Positions 1-11,697 of a stretch of 64,000 nt of DNA are shown here, piece by piece; positions within the stretch are counted from its first letter, which is position 1, and the number at the start of each line of letters is the position of its first letter. Source of the DNA: Eledone cirrhosa (taxonomy: Eukaryota); NCBI GenBank assembly GCA_964016885.1, contig OZ024742.1, positions 86,180,001-86,244,000 of the forward strand. Reading direction: 5' to 3'. Position numbers and translations under genes: made by a program. The notes below the pieces were generated by a model. It made no database searches. It was not told the DNA's origin and saw only the letters and a program-made list of their open reading frames with translations.

Positions 1-31
1 TTATATGAGACAATTAAAATACATCTCCCTT

Positions 32-153
32 TCCAAACAATTGTTTCATTATAAGATTTCTACAAGTTGGGAAAAACGTGTCCAGGTTATGTAGAAGCCT
101 ACACATAGTCCGTAGGAATATATGCAGGTGGGTACTTATAAATCATCAGTGGA
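32..153 (-). ncRNA. Type I hammerhead-like ribozyme with expanded, branched stem II (copy 1)
   Basis: Minus strand reads tcca-CTGATGA-t-ttataag-[~75 nt, two hairpins]-cttataa-t-GAAAC-aatt-GTT-tgga. Stem/loop III is the palindrome ACAATTGT. Stem I is only 4 bp. Confidence 0.6.
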
Positions 154-757
154 TGCCCGTCAAACATCGACATAAAAATATTTTCTTACCGGTATCCAAT
201 GTTCTTCGATGGTCCCCTTCCGTATCAGAATGGCCGCCAAATTTGAAATTCCAGCAGTCTCAGAATGAGAAATTTCACACTGTCATCAAGCGGAAAGGGG
301 AGGTCATCGCGAAACATAAGAAAAGAAAATAATATGCACGCGGGTCAATTAATTCTTTCAATAATTTTAACCTTGCGTGTGAAGAACACAATTAGATTTA
401 AAAAAATAAATATATGCATTTATTATTTATACACGCATATAGGTATTTTCTTAGGCTAAAAACAGAGATATGATACCAGAATAATAATCAATATTTCATA
501 GAAATAATAAATACAGAAAGTTACACTTAAAAGGTATCTGGAAATAATCATCTCTGGCCAAATCAAGAGTATAATATTTAATACATTAACAGAGAGAGCT
601 TTAAGCTATATTCTGACTGGCTTCCATCTCACTCGACAAACATTAGGATATACCTTAGTATAATCTCAATTTTACGTTTGGGGTGCCAACTATATGCATT
701 TTGCGGATAGCCAGTTGCATTATTTTATATGAGACATAATTAAAATACATCTCCCTT

Positions 758-879
758 TCCAAACAATTGTTTCATAATAAGATTTCTACAAGTTGGGAAA
801 AATGTGTCCAGGTTCTGTAGAAGCCTACACATAGTCCGTAGGAATATATGCAGGTGGGCACTTATAAATCATCAGTGGA
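758..879 (-). ncRNA. Type I hammerhead-like ribozyme with expanded stem II (copy 2)
   Basis: Same motif 726 bp away. Core, stem I and stem III are unchanged, with one extra mismatch in stem II. Confidence 0.58.
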
Positions 880-1177
880 TGCCCGTCAAACATCGATATA
901 AAAAAAATTTTCTTACCGATATCCAATGTTCTTCGATGGTCCCCTTCCGTATCAGAATGAACGCCAAATTTGAAATTCCAGCAGTCTCAGAATGAGAAAT
1001 TTCACACTGTCATCGAGCAGAAAGGGGAGGTCATCGCGAAACATTAGAAAATAAAATAATATGCACGCGGTTCAATTAATTTGTACAATAATTTTAACCT
1101 TGCGGGTGAAGAACTCAATTAGATTTAAAAAAAATAAATATATGCATTTATTATTTATACACGCATATAGGTATGTT

Positions 1178-1178
<1 letters not shown>

Positions 1179-1256
<78 letters not shown>
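1179..1256. repeat. (TA)n microsatellite
   Basis: Pure TA run. Confidence 0.98.
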
Positions 1257-1260
<4 letters not shown>

Positions 1261-1481
1261 AATTAAGTTAAAAATGTACATCCGCATATGTATACTGAAA
1301 TACTAGTATGCATATGAATACACACACGTATACATATGTAGATGTACCAAGTCTTTCACTGCTTACTTTACTGTGAGTATCCAGCTATTATGTATGTAAA
1401 CACACAGACAAACCGGTTTTTAGAGTCATACTGGTTTTTGAGGAAACACCTTTCCTCTATTCTCCAGAAAGCCAGACAAGG

Positions 1482-1526
1482 AATATTGAACTAGTTTCGT
1501 TGTTGTTACAACTCATCAGCAATATT
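1482..1526 (-). ncRNA. Type I hammerhead ribozyme (left arm of foldback)
   Basis: Exact reverse complement of 1749-1793. Confidence 0.88.
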
Positions 1527-1748
1527 TACCTATCTACCGGCCTTTCTGGAGAATCGTAAAAGCACATATCGTTATATGCTTTTTCTATGAAAATTAGTAG
1601 TGGGCAGACTAATTTGCATAGAGTGTGAGTAAGTACCGGTTCAACGGAGACGATAAAAACAAATAACGAAACGACTACTAATTTTCATAGAAAAAGCATA
1701 TAACGATATGTGCTTTTACGATTCTCCAGAAAGGCCGGTAGATAGGTA

Positions 1749-1793
1749 AATATTGCTGATGAGTTGTAACAACAACGAAACTAGTTCAATATT
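1749..1793 (+). ncRNA. Type I hammerhead ribozyme, PLE-type with minimal palindromic stem III
   Basis: aatattg-CTGATGA-gttgt-aaca-acaac-GAAAC-ta-GTT-caatatt. All core bases are present. Stem I is 7 bp (extendable to 1721-1816), stem II is 5 bp and stem III is ACTAGT. Confidence 0.9.
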
Positions 1794-2080
1794 CCTTGTC
1801 TGGCTTTCTGGAGAATAGAGGAAAGGTGTTTCCTCAAAAACCAGTATGACTCTAAAAACCGGTTTGTCTGTGTGTTTACATACATAATAGCTGGATACTC
1901 ACATTAAAGTAACCAGTGAAAGACTTGGTACATCTACATATGTATACGTGTGTGTATTTATATGCATACTAGTATTTCAGTATACATATGCGGATGTACA
2001 ATTTTAACTTAATTGTTTAAGCGTCAGTCATACAAAAGTGAGTTACAAACGAAACGAAATTTAATTTCGTTTCGTTATTT

Positions 2081-2214
<134 letters not shown>

Positions 2215-2248
2215 AGATTTGAATGGATACAGTTTAGTTGAAAGGAAT

Positions 2249-2368
2249 TTATTGACACGTGTTTCTATAACAGTTACATAACCTAAAACAGCTGCTATCT
2301 ACAAACTTTTAGTTATGCAGACATTCAATATTTCAATGTTATTATTTACTGTCATTTCATCAGAATAA
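2249..2368 (-). ncRNA. Type I hammerhead ribozyme with expanded, branched stem II
   Basis: ttatt-CTGATGA-a-atgacagt-[two hairpins]-actgttat-a-GAAAC-acgt-GTC-aataa. Palindromic ACACGTGT and a canonical GUC triplet. Confidence 0.72.
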
Positions 2369-2928
2369 TATTACTGAGGACCTATTTAGTTTTTATAGAG
2401 AATATTAGGAGGGAGGGGTGAAGTTGTTAGAAGAATAGTTGAAGGAGTGGTTTTTCGATAGCAGTGAGAATTCTTGGTGGCAGTGAGTAATTAGATTCCC
2501 ATCTGTTGTTTTGACATTTTTTATAGAATATATTATTGGTTATTTTTCTAAATCTATAGAAGGATTAGAGATAGTAAAGATATGCGTGGTTGGTTTTGTG
2601 TTTGCACTTAATTAACATTCAGACTTAAATTTTTCTTTCAAGTGTACGTATCCTTTCACCCACGCATTCACACACAAATATATTTGCACACCTCTACAAA
2701 ATACATATACTCACAATTCACATATTCATACTTACATATATATACACATGCATACACACATATATACACACATGTATTCATGTACATACATAGGCGCCCA
2801 TGCGTATACATTTTCATACTCAACTTATCTTTATATACACACGTATAGACACACACATATATACATACTTACTCTTGTCCATGTGTACACACATACACAT
2901 ACATACACATCTATATACACATATATAC

Positions 2929-3012
<84 letters not shown>

Positions 3013-3148
3013 ACACATATATATACACATACATATACATATATATATAAAAACTTTAATACATGAATACACTTACATCTAACTATACACATCAAACATA
3101 TATATATATTTACTTATTTATATACATTTTCACATATATATACATACT

Positions 3149-3206
3149 TATGGACGTTTTTAGACACATTCATTATCGCATATTTGCACCTATTCTCATC
3201 AGCATA
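3149..3206 (-). ncRNA. Degenerate hammerhead motif
   Basis: tatg-CTGATGA-ga...tct-AAAAAC-GTC-cata. Stem I and GTC are retained, but the G of GAAA is lost. Confidence 0.45.
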
Positions 3207-3318
3207 TCTTTCCATTATTAGTGTGGTAATTTAAGGTTATTAATATATGTTGAAAAGAGATTGTTTTTATATTTTTCTAGCTAGATTAATGTTTATATAG
3301 TTGGGGGATGTCCCTCTT

Positions 3319-4418
3319 TTATGTAATATTCGGCTTGTAGTGGGAAAAAAGGGTTTTAGTTCTGTGACGGCAGAATAATGTTCGTTCAATTCTGTTATTC
3401 AGCAGTTTCTTCTTGTGTGTGATTATGTAATAAATCTCAAGATTACACAATTTGCAGAAATTTTGGCTCCTGGAAAAGCTTTGGGTTTTAGCTAATTTCT
3501 CCCATTTTAGGGTAAGCTTTTGATCGCTATCCCTGAGCGTCCAAGCTTTTTCTGCTAAAGTTGTTACATTTCTTTGGCTCTGGTGTTTTATTGAGTAAGA
3601 ATGCCTATACAATCGAGATTTAAACGATGTTGCCGTTGATCCCACGTAATACCACTCGTTGCCTCCGGATTTAATGGTACACTTATAAATAATATTTTTT
3701 CCAGGCAGTTATTGCCGAGGGGGCAGTTGTCAGGATAGGTGCAGTTACAGTTGTGTACGTTGGGTTTTCTCTGGAGTAGTATTGCGGACGAACTTAGGTG
3801 TGGTTTATTTATGTTCTGTAGTGTATTGTCTACTGTTTTTTGTGTGTTCTTTGTACTTAAGTTCTTAGTGTTTTCGTTTAACCTTCTAGTATTGATCTTT
3901 TTTATGTGTTGTTCAAGGTTTAACGCTGTAGAGTATGACAGTCTTATAGTGGTAGGGTTTAGGATTTTGTGGTATTTGTGTGATGTGGGAAAATGTCTTT
4001 TAATTATTTTAAAGAAGAGTACTGGTAAATTTGTACTAATGGAACTATTGTATTCGGGGTTATACCATAAGTACTCTTTGCATCGCTTTCTATTAGTTTT
4101 GTTTGTTGGTTTACTGGTGTGCATACTATGGTAGTAAGTGTGGTTTGGTGTTGTGTTATTATATCTACCTATGTGGGATTTATTTTGGGTGTTTTGATTG
4201 TTCCCATCTATGTACTCTATTTTGTTGAGGTAGCCTGCTTTACTAAGGGCGTTATCGTAGTACTCGGCGTGTTCCTTAAATACTTGTATGTTAGAAGATA
4301 GACCCGAGATTCTAAGGGAAATATTTTTAGGGATAGATTTAATTATAGAGATGGGGTGGTTAGACCCAACATTTACGTATTTGAGATTTTCATTCAATTT
4401 ATGAAACGGTTTAATCAA
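3319..4418 (-). pseudogene. Frameshifted Naiad RT-thumb/zinc finger/GIY-YIG ORF remnant
   Basis: Two overlapping ORF-track segments joined by a frameshift near 3640-3700. Confidence 0.85.
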
Positions 4419-4446
4419 ACCAGAGTTTATATATATATATATATTT

Positions 4447-4570
4447 GAAGGCGTGTGGATGAGTGGTTAGAGATTTGGATTCGTAATCGTGAGGTTGTAA
4501 GTTCGATTCCTGGACCAGGCGATGCGTTATTTCCTTGAGGAAGACACTTTATTTCACGTTGCTCCTTCTA
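4447..4570 (+). mobile_element. tRNA-derived SINE with CORE-like domain (truncated)
   Basis: A box (tggatgagtgg), B box (gttcgattcc), then the CORE-like ttccttgaggaagacactttatttcacgttgctcc. Confidence 0.75.
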
Positions 4571-5386
4571 CCTGGAGTTGCGACCGATAGATAGTACTAG
4601 CAATTGGAAAGACCAACGGAAACATCGTTTCCTCGGTCCGATTTGACGAAAGTCGATCGTTCCTAAAAATATATATATATATATATGTATATGTGTGTGT
4701 GGGGGGGGGGGGGGTATAGTTGCTTGTGACTATAGGTATATATATATATAAGTATATATATGTATAAGTATAACCGAAGATCGGAAACGTCGCTACGCAA
4801 CCAATATCCATCCAAGATATCTTCTATGGTCACCTAAACCACTAACCCAAATGAAGGCTCAAACAGTTATCATTTCCACCAGGAACCAATTAGTAGACCC
4901 CGTGGCGTGCATTTCATTTTCAATGTAACATTCTTCCTTTCTATCTTCCTGCAGTGTTTCTGATAATGTTATTATCAACTCGCTGCCACCACGACTGAAT
5001 GTGAAATTGGCAACGCGTTAAGTATATATAATGCTGTCCTAGAGATGTCTACATTAATTAGAGAATCCAAACATCTGATAAGCTATCGATTCCAGAATCA
5101 GCCGGATCAATACCGATCATAACTTCATCTGATCGATTGACAACGAGCGTCATATGTTAATAAACATAATGATGGTAAATTTATACACACAGCTACTGCT
5201 TATTATTTTCTATAACATTCTGCTTCCTATTGGCAATCGCTATATTCGCTTTGAACGTCCAAATTAGTGAACGTTAGGATCAATAATTTATAAATATATA
5301 TATATATATGTATATATATTTCGTTTATGAATTTGTTTAGCAAGATTCTTTATCTGAAAGCGTGTGTTGAAACCGATATTGGGAGG

Positions 5387-6495
5387 GTAATGTTGCCAAT
5401 AAGAAACACGCGCACCACATGCTTTCACTCCAATTTATTATAAATTAAATTTATAAATTTAAGAATTTATAAATTTCCGGTTGGTCTGTTGGTTCCACAA
5501 CCAGAGGATTGTTCATATATTGTCAAAGTTCTTTCGTCACACATCCTGTGACCTCTTCAGTGACTGGAGATTATTTTCTTTGTTTTATGCCTCTCCTTTG
5601 TTATGTGCTACGCCATCTTGTTTTGTGTGTGTTGTGTGCTTAGTTTGCGCATGTGTTACATCCGGGTGTCTGTGTTTTTATTTGTTTATTTATTTGTTTA
5701 TTTATTTGTTTATTTATATGTTACTGGTTGGTTGTTTGTTCTATGTGTGTGCGTTTTCATTTTGTCCTTAATTGTAAGTTGTGATATTTCTATTCCATTC
5801 AGGTTTTCTATTTAATTTTGGTTAGAGTTCGCTTATGTTTATTGCCTCTGTGATTTGTCTAAATATTGCGTCTTTTCTGAGTGTAGATTTTATTTTATTT
5901 CTATATCCTCTAATTTGCCCTTATGTTCTAATTTAGCATGTTGGTGGAGTACTGATGAATCTTTCCTATCTTGAAGCTGTCGGCAGTGTTCATTTAATCG
6001 TTATCCTATACTACGAGCTGCCTCACCTATGTACATTATATTCTTATCTTTACATTATCCTTCAGTACATCTTATGCTATATAATATGTTTCTAATTATA
6101 CAGTTAATATGGTTTACAGTTAATATAGCTTACAGATTATGCATTTCTTATCTATACAGGGATGTCTTTGAAAAGGGTATGTATTACTAACAAGTGTTTT
6201 TATGGAGGTAGCTGGTCTTTTTACTATCTTAATATTTAGTTTAAGTTTATTTAGGGCCCTTCTAAATGTGTAAGCTAATTCACCTCTAGGGGATGTATTG
6301 ATGAACATTACACTCTGGTATTTATTGCTTTCATACCATAAGTTTATTCTATTAACCTTATTTCTAGTTCTTTCCTGTCTATTCCAAAATTTGCTCCTCC
6401 TATACAAGGGAAATTTATAAATTTATAAATTTAATTTATAATAAATTGGTGCGTGTGCTTCTTATTGGCAACATGATCCTACCAAAGTATAACAA
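5387..6495 (-). mobile_element. 5'-truncated Neptune-type PLE with inverted pLTR fragment at its 5' end
   Basis: ORF 6120-6407 has a Cx4CxxC linker (PCIDKKCIIC), followed by a degraded GIY-YIG (YIGEAARS...RLNEH). pLTR spans about 5387-5770, and 6410-6495 is an inverted copy of the pLTR end. Confidence 0.8.
5522..5564 (-). ncRNA. Type I hammerhead ribozyme in Neptune-type pLTR
   Basis: gtca-CTGAAGA-g-gtcac-aggatgt-gtgac-GAAAG-aa-CTT-tgac. Confidence 0.78.
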
Positions 6496-6511
6496 TATAT
6501 ATATATTTATT

Positions 6512-6585
<74 letters not shown>

Positions 6586-7548
6586 ACCATATATATATAT
6601 ATGGGTCGTGTTTGTGAATGTGTACGTTTGGGTGTGTATATGTTATAAGAAAATAATCCAGATCCATATTTTCGAGCAGTATAATTAATTATCTTTAACA
6701 TATCCATTAGACAGGTCGTTCTATATTGCTAAAAAACATTTCAACTTAAACTAAAAAGTGTTATATTTGCCAGTCACAGGTACAATTTTAGTAATATGTG
6801 TATATAACATTTTGAAAGAATACAATTTACAAACTGACACGCTCATACAGGTATTTTTGTCATATTCTAGTGATAATCGAGGTAACTATTTATTTCGTCT
6901 TATTCATGCAGGTGGAAGCTTCGATTGCACACATAATTCAATTCCTATCAGTTCAATAAAGAAGCTGTACATGACGCCAGTTAAACAAATACGCTTATGA
7001 CAATGCTTAAGGTTACCTCAGTAAAGATAATTGAATGATAACGAAAGTAAACGCTTATATATTCCACAAATCTATCATTGTGTAATAGTGATCGGCTTTA
7101 TCTGCCACATTCTAAAATGATAGCCGTGTGCATTGAAAACGAATCTATATAATCACATGTTCATGTCAATGAATTAGTTGTCCTAGCAGTGTTAAATATA
7201 TATTTCATGCGTGTGTGGGTTGGGCAGAATGCCCCCTGGTATGAGGTATCTTAAAATGAGAAAATATCGAAAAAGCAATATACAATAACACCAATATGAT
7301 ATAATAAAGACAATAGTTTACGACATTAGCGGCACAGGCTGTTGTCCACGCCAACTCTACTCTCTATCTTTCTGTCAAGATGAAATTGTCCTCAATTGGT
7401 GTTTTTAGATCTTTGGCTCTGTAATACTCACATCCTTAATCATATAAGCGATAAACAGTTCATTTTTTTACACCCGTTAAAAATAAACTTGACATTAAGA
7501 GAAAGAGTAAAGACACAGTCATTAATATATGAACGTATGCAATCATAT

Positions 7549-7668
<120 letters not shown>

Positions 7669-7680
7669 GAACAAGTATGA

Positions 7681-7774
7681 CCCCGACAGCAGAGCTCAAG
7701 CCGTTTCGACGGCTATTTCTGGACTAAATAAGAATTTTTAGCCGGGTAAATAAATAGCCAAACTTCTCAAGGGG
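7681..7774 (-). ncRNA. Hammerhead ribozyme, U3-A8 core variant
   Basis: cccc-TTGAGAA-gtt-tggctattt...aaatagccg-tc-GAAAC-ggc-ttgagctct-gct-GTC-gggg. Confidence 0.78.
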
Positions 7775-8522
7775 AATTTCCTTATATGGAAGATAGTAAT
7801 TGTCAAGATAATTAGGTAAAATGTGTTATAAAGACGGATAAATCTATCATGGCATTTGGTGGGAGATAGGAGTGGCTGAACTTGCCGGTAGAACAAAGAG
7901 GGAGTGGGGAAAGCCAGTCAGGCGTTGAAAATGAAATCTATACACCAGATTCTAAGGATAGTGTGTAAAAGGTCGAAACATTGTACTGGAGAACAGGAGA
8001 GAGGTTGGACAAATAGGTAGGTCGAAAGGGAGTAAAATAAAACTATTTATACAAATAAATATATAAAGACAAAATTGATAGTGAGAAATGAAAAAAAAAA
8101 ACAGCTGCTAAAAATTAGTAGGTATTGCTAAGCTATAGAACTGTTTAATAGGTAGAGAATGGGAAAAAACGAGATTGTAGTTGGTAGTGAAAAAATGTTT
8201 TAAATCTGGCTTTACAGGGTTTCTAACACCGCTGTTATAAAAAGTTAGTAAAGCGTAATCAGCCAATGCTATCTTACGATGACAGGTTAATAAGTTCAGA
8301 ACAAAAATACTAAATAAGGAAATTAGAAATAATAGAAATGGAATAGTAACAAAACAAAAACAATTACGGGGTCTAACACATCTGGTATACACATCGTAAT
8401 AGGCCATTCTATCTTAATATTACGGAGGAGGGGGTACTGAGAAAAAATATCTCCTCCGAACATAAGTTACACGGACGGCGTCCTCTCGTGTAAGAGTTAG
8501 CTCTGGACAGTAACCTACAACC

Positions 8523-8729
8523 TACAACATCACTTGGAGCTTACTGTCCAGAGCTAACTCTTACACGGGAGGACGCCGTCCGTGTAACTTATGCTCGGAG
8601 GAAACATTACAAATGGTCTTTTCTAAGGAACAACTCCTAAACAAGAAATTCGAATTGGTAACCGCATGCAAACACAGATTGCGTAGGACGTACCTCGCCC
8701 TCAAACCCCATAACGACCCGGGTGGGTAG
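8523..8729 (+). pseudogene. C-terminal fragment of Naiad GIY-YIG endonuclease
   Basis: Manual translation: YNITWSLLSRANSYTGGRRPCNLCSEETLQMVFSKEQLLNKKFELVTACKHRLRRTYLALKPHNDPGG*. Confidence 0.85.
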
Positions 8730-9600
8730 ACATGGGCTGATAAACACACACACACACTTGCTGATTTTGTAAGGAGAAACCCCTGCTTACATAGTTAGAA
8801 GTAACCTTTATCTTTTCCTCTACGTTCCCTTCTTCCCTCCATCTCATCCTATTCCTTCCACCCCCGATCTCCTTCCTCGTCTGTCTTTCATATTTCGCCT
8901 ACTCCAATGCAGCCCATCGGTCCTCTGTAGCCTCAGTACCCCTTCCCTCGTAATTTTAAGATACAATTGGCCTATTACGATTTTTATGGCAGATGTGTTA
9001 GACCCAGTAATTGTTTCTTTTTTGTTACTACTCCATTTCTACTATTTCTAAATTCCTTATTTAGTATTTTTGTTCTCAACATATTAACCTGTCATCGTAA
9101 ATTAGCATTGGCTGATTACGCTTTACTAACTTTTTATAACATCGGTGTTAGACCCCCTGTAAAGCCTGCTTTAAAAATGTTTTTCACTACCAACTACAAT
9201 CTCGTTTTTTTCCCATTCTCTACCTATTAAACTTTTCTATAGCTTAGCAATACCTACTAATTTTTGGCAGCGGTTTTTGTTTTTTTCATTTCTCACTATC
9301 AATATTGTCTTTATATTTTTATTTTTATAAATAGTTTTATTTTACTCCCTTTCGACCTTCCTATTCTTTCAACAGAAACACCCCTCCCCTCATTTTCTCC
9401 AGTACAACGTTTTGACCTTTTATACACTATCCTTAGAATCTTGTGTATAGATTTCACTTTCAACGCCTGAGTGGATTTCCTCACTCCCTCTTTGTTCTAC
9501 CGGCAAGTTCAGCCACCCCTACCGCCCACCAAAATGCCATGATAGATTTATCTGTCTTTATAACAAATGTTACCCAATCATCTTCCCATATAAGGAAATT

Positions 9601-9694
9601 CCCCTTGAGAAGTTTGGCTATTTATTTACCGAGCTAAACATTCTTATATAGTCAAGAAATAGCCGTCGAAACGGTTAGAGCTATGCCGTCTGGG
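9601..9694 (+). ncRNA. Hammerhead ribozyme, U3-A8 core variant (other arm)
   Basis: cccc-TTGAGAA...aaatagccgtc-GAAAC-gg-ttagagctatg-cc-GTC-tggg, with one stem I mismatch. Confidence 0.7.
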
Positions 9695-9806
9695 TCATAC
9701 TTGTTCCTATTCTCCACTCTACTACCCTAAGTATTGAGTACTTTGGTGCGTTCTGATACATCTGGTTCCTTACCAAAATTCCTCCGTTATATATATATAT
9801 ATATAT

Positions 9807-11250
9807 ATTGTTATGCTTTGGGAGGCTCATGTTGCCAAAAAGAAACACACGCACCAGTTGCGTTCACTTCAATTTATTATAAATTATATTTATAAATTTA
9901 GGAATTTATAAATTTCCGGTTGGTTGGTTAGTTCCACAACCAGACGATTCTTCATATATTGCCAAAGTTCTTTCGTCACACATCCTGTGCCGTCTTCAGT
10001 GACGGGGGATTCTTTTCTTTGTTTTTGTGCCTCTCCTTTGTTCTGTCCTACGCCATCTTGTTTTTGTGTGTGTTGTGTGCTTAGTTTGCGCATGCGTTAC
10101 ATCCGGATGTCAGTGTGTTTATATTTGTTTATTTATTTGTTTATTTACATATTACTGGTTGGTTGTTTGTTCTATGTGTGTGTGTGTTTTCATTTTGTCC
10201 CGTGTGGTTGTATTGTCCCCTGCTGGTGTTGTTGTAGTAGGATGGGGTTAGTGGAGGAGGGTAGATTAGGGTTTCCTTATAGTTGGTGTGTGGTTCTGAG
10301 ACCCTATGTGGCATGTTTGGTAGTTGTGTATTATGGGTTCTATGTTAAAAGTAATGATGCTTGTGGGTTTGTTGTGTGGGGATGTTAGGGGGTTGTAAGT
10401 GTGGGGGTTTCTATGGTTTCTCCTGTTGGGAGAGAAGTTTTAGTGTCTTTCTTGTAGCTGATGTTTCTTTATTACTATATTTGTTGCTTGGGAATTCGTG
10501 TGGTAGCTATCTGGTAGTTGTAGGAGGTAGGGGCGATGTGATGCCTTCTTTTTTTGGTATGTGGGGAGGTATTGTTTTTTGTTGTTGTTGTTGGTTGTTG
10601 TGTGGTTTTTTGGGTTTTCTTGTTATTATGGTTTTAATGAAGGGGTTCTTGGATGTGTGTTCTCTTTGGAAAAGAGTTTCATAGTTAGAGAACCAGATTT
10701 AGTTTATTTCCCAACGTTGAAGGGATTTAATTCTTCCTTATTACAGTCCTCTAACCATCGTTTTGAAATATTTTCTAATGTGGTGTATTTGGTGTAATTG
10801 ATAATTGCTTGATTAATCTCATCGTCGATTGATTTGATCCTATCTTCATTTGCTTGGGCTCTCAATTTAAGGGGTTCAATTTCGATTTTTATGTTATCAA
10901 ATGCTATTCTTTCCCTGAGGCGTCTTTGTGTCTCGGGTTCGTTTGGGATGGATTTAATTTTTAATTGCGGGGAAGGATTAATGGGAATGAGTTAATCCAT
11001 TTTTCATAGATCGCCGCCTTGTTATTATTTTCTATCATCTTCCAAAAGGAGTATTTCTTGTTTTTAAGAGATGTGTACCATTCTGGTATTAATTTGTTTT
11101 TTATTTGGTAAGTTTTAAGTGTATTAGTGTCATGTGTTTTTTCGTTCGCTTAAATAGGATTTGTGTTGTTATTCAGGTGTCTTTTTATTGTTTCACATAA
11201 GTTGTTTATATTGTCGTAGATTTCATAGGATGTGTATTTGGGAATTGTTT
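9807..11250 (-). mobile_element. Second copy of the Neptune-type pLTR (9807-10200) attached to a degraded helical/coiled-coil ORF
   Basis: 9830-10200 matches 5390-5768. The upstream minus-strand frame reads IKSIPNEPETQRRLRERIAFDNIKIEIEPLKLRAQANEDRIKSIDDEINQAII...RWLEDCNKEE. Confidence 0.7.
9961..10003 (-). ncRNA. Type I hammerhead ribozyme (paralog of 5522-5564)
   Basis: gtca-CTGAAGA-cggcac...gtgac-GAAAG-aa-CTT-tggc. Stem II is slightly decayed. Confidence 0.65.
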
Positions 11251-11254
11251 CTGT

Positions 11255-11575
11255 AGAAAATGTTTAAAACAAAATATTTTACTTTGTGTGAAGTGTTAAA
11301 GTTTTAGTTAATTTATTTATTAATTAACAATGGCATTTATTTATTTATTTATATATTTAATAATTGTCTATTTCCGGTTTCAGCATTTTATGCATTATCA
11401 AAGGGGGGAATTTGTATTGGTGTAAAATGTTAAGGAAATGTTTGTAAATAAACTTATTCTTTCTTCACCATTTCCTTAACATGTTCAACATCACCAACAT
11501 TTTACACCAATACAAATTCCCCCCTTTGATAATGCATAAAATGCTGAAACGGGAAATAGACAATTATTTAATATA

Positions 11576-11614
<39 letters not shown>

Positions 11615-11697
11615 ATGCCATTGTTAATTAATAAATAAATTAACTAAAAACTTAACACTTCATACAAAGTAAAATATTTTGTTTTAAACATTTTCTA
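11255..11697. repeat. AT-rich inverted repeat (arms about 11255-11431 and 11496-11697)
   Basis: Arms are reverse complements and differ mainly in (ATTT)n length. Nested short IR at 11428-11440 and 11469-11481. Confidence 0.9.

Larger units (their letters stand above)
1..1178 (-). repeat. ~726-bp non-coding tandem duplication (unit 1 about 1-724, partial unit 2 about 725-1178), each unit carrying a hammerhead-like motif
   Basis: 1-447 is repeated nearly identically at 725-1175. There is no long ORF. The second unit ends in a (TA)n tract. Confidence 0.9.

Noticed and set aside
7921-7990. TTGAAAA...GAAAC-ATT-GTA resembling another U3-A8 hammerhead
   Set aside because: Stem I does not pair next to the core, and the motif is broken in the other arm
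8108-9230. Paired hydrophobic ORFs MAYYD... (8108-8407 minus, 8967-9230 plus)
   Set aside because: They are the two arms of an inverted pLTR. T-rich composition explains the hydrophobicity, and their ends are frameshifted.
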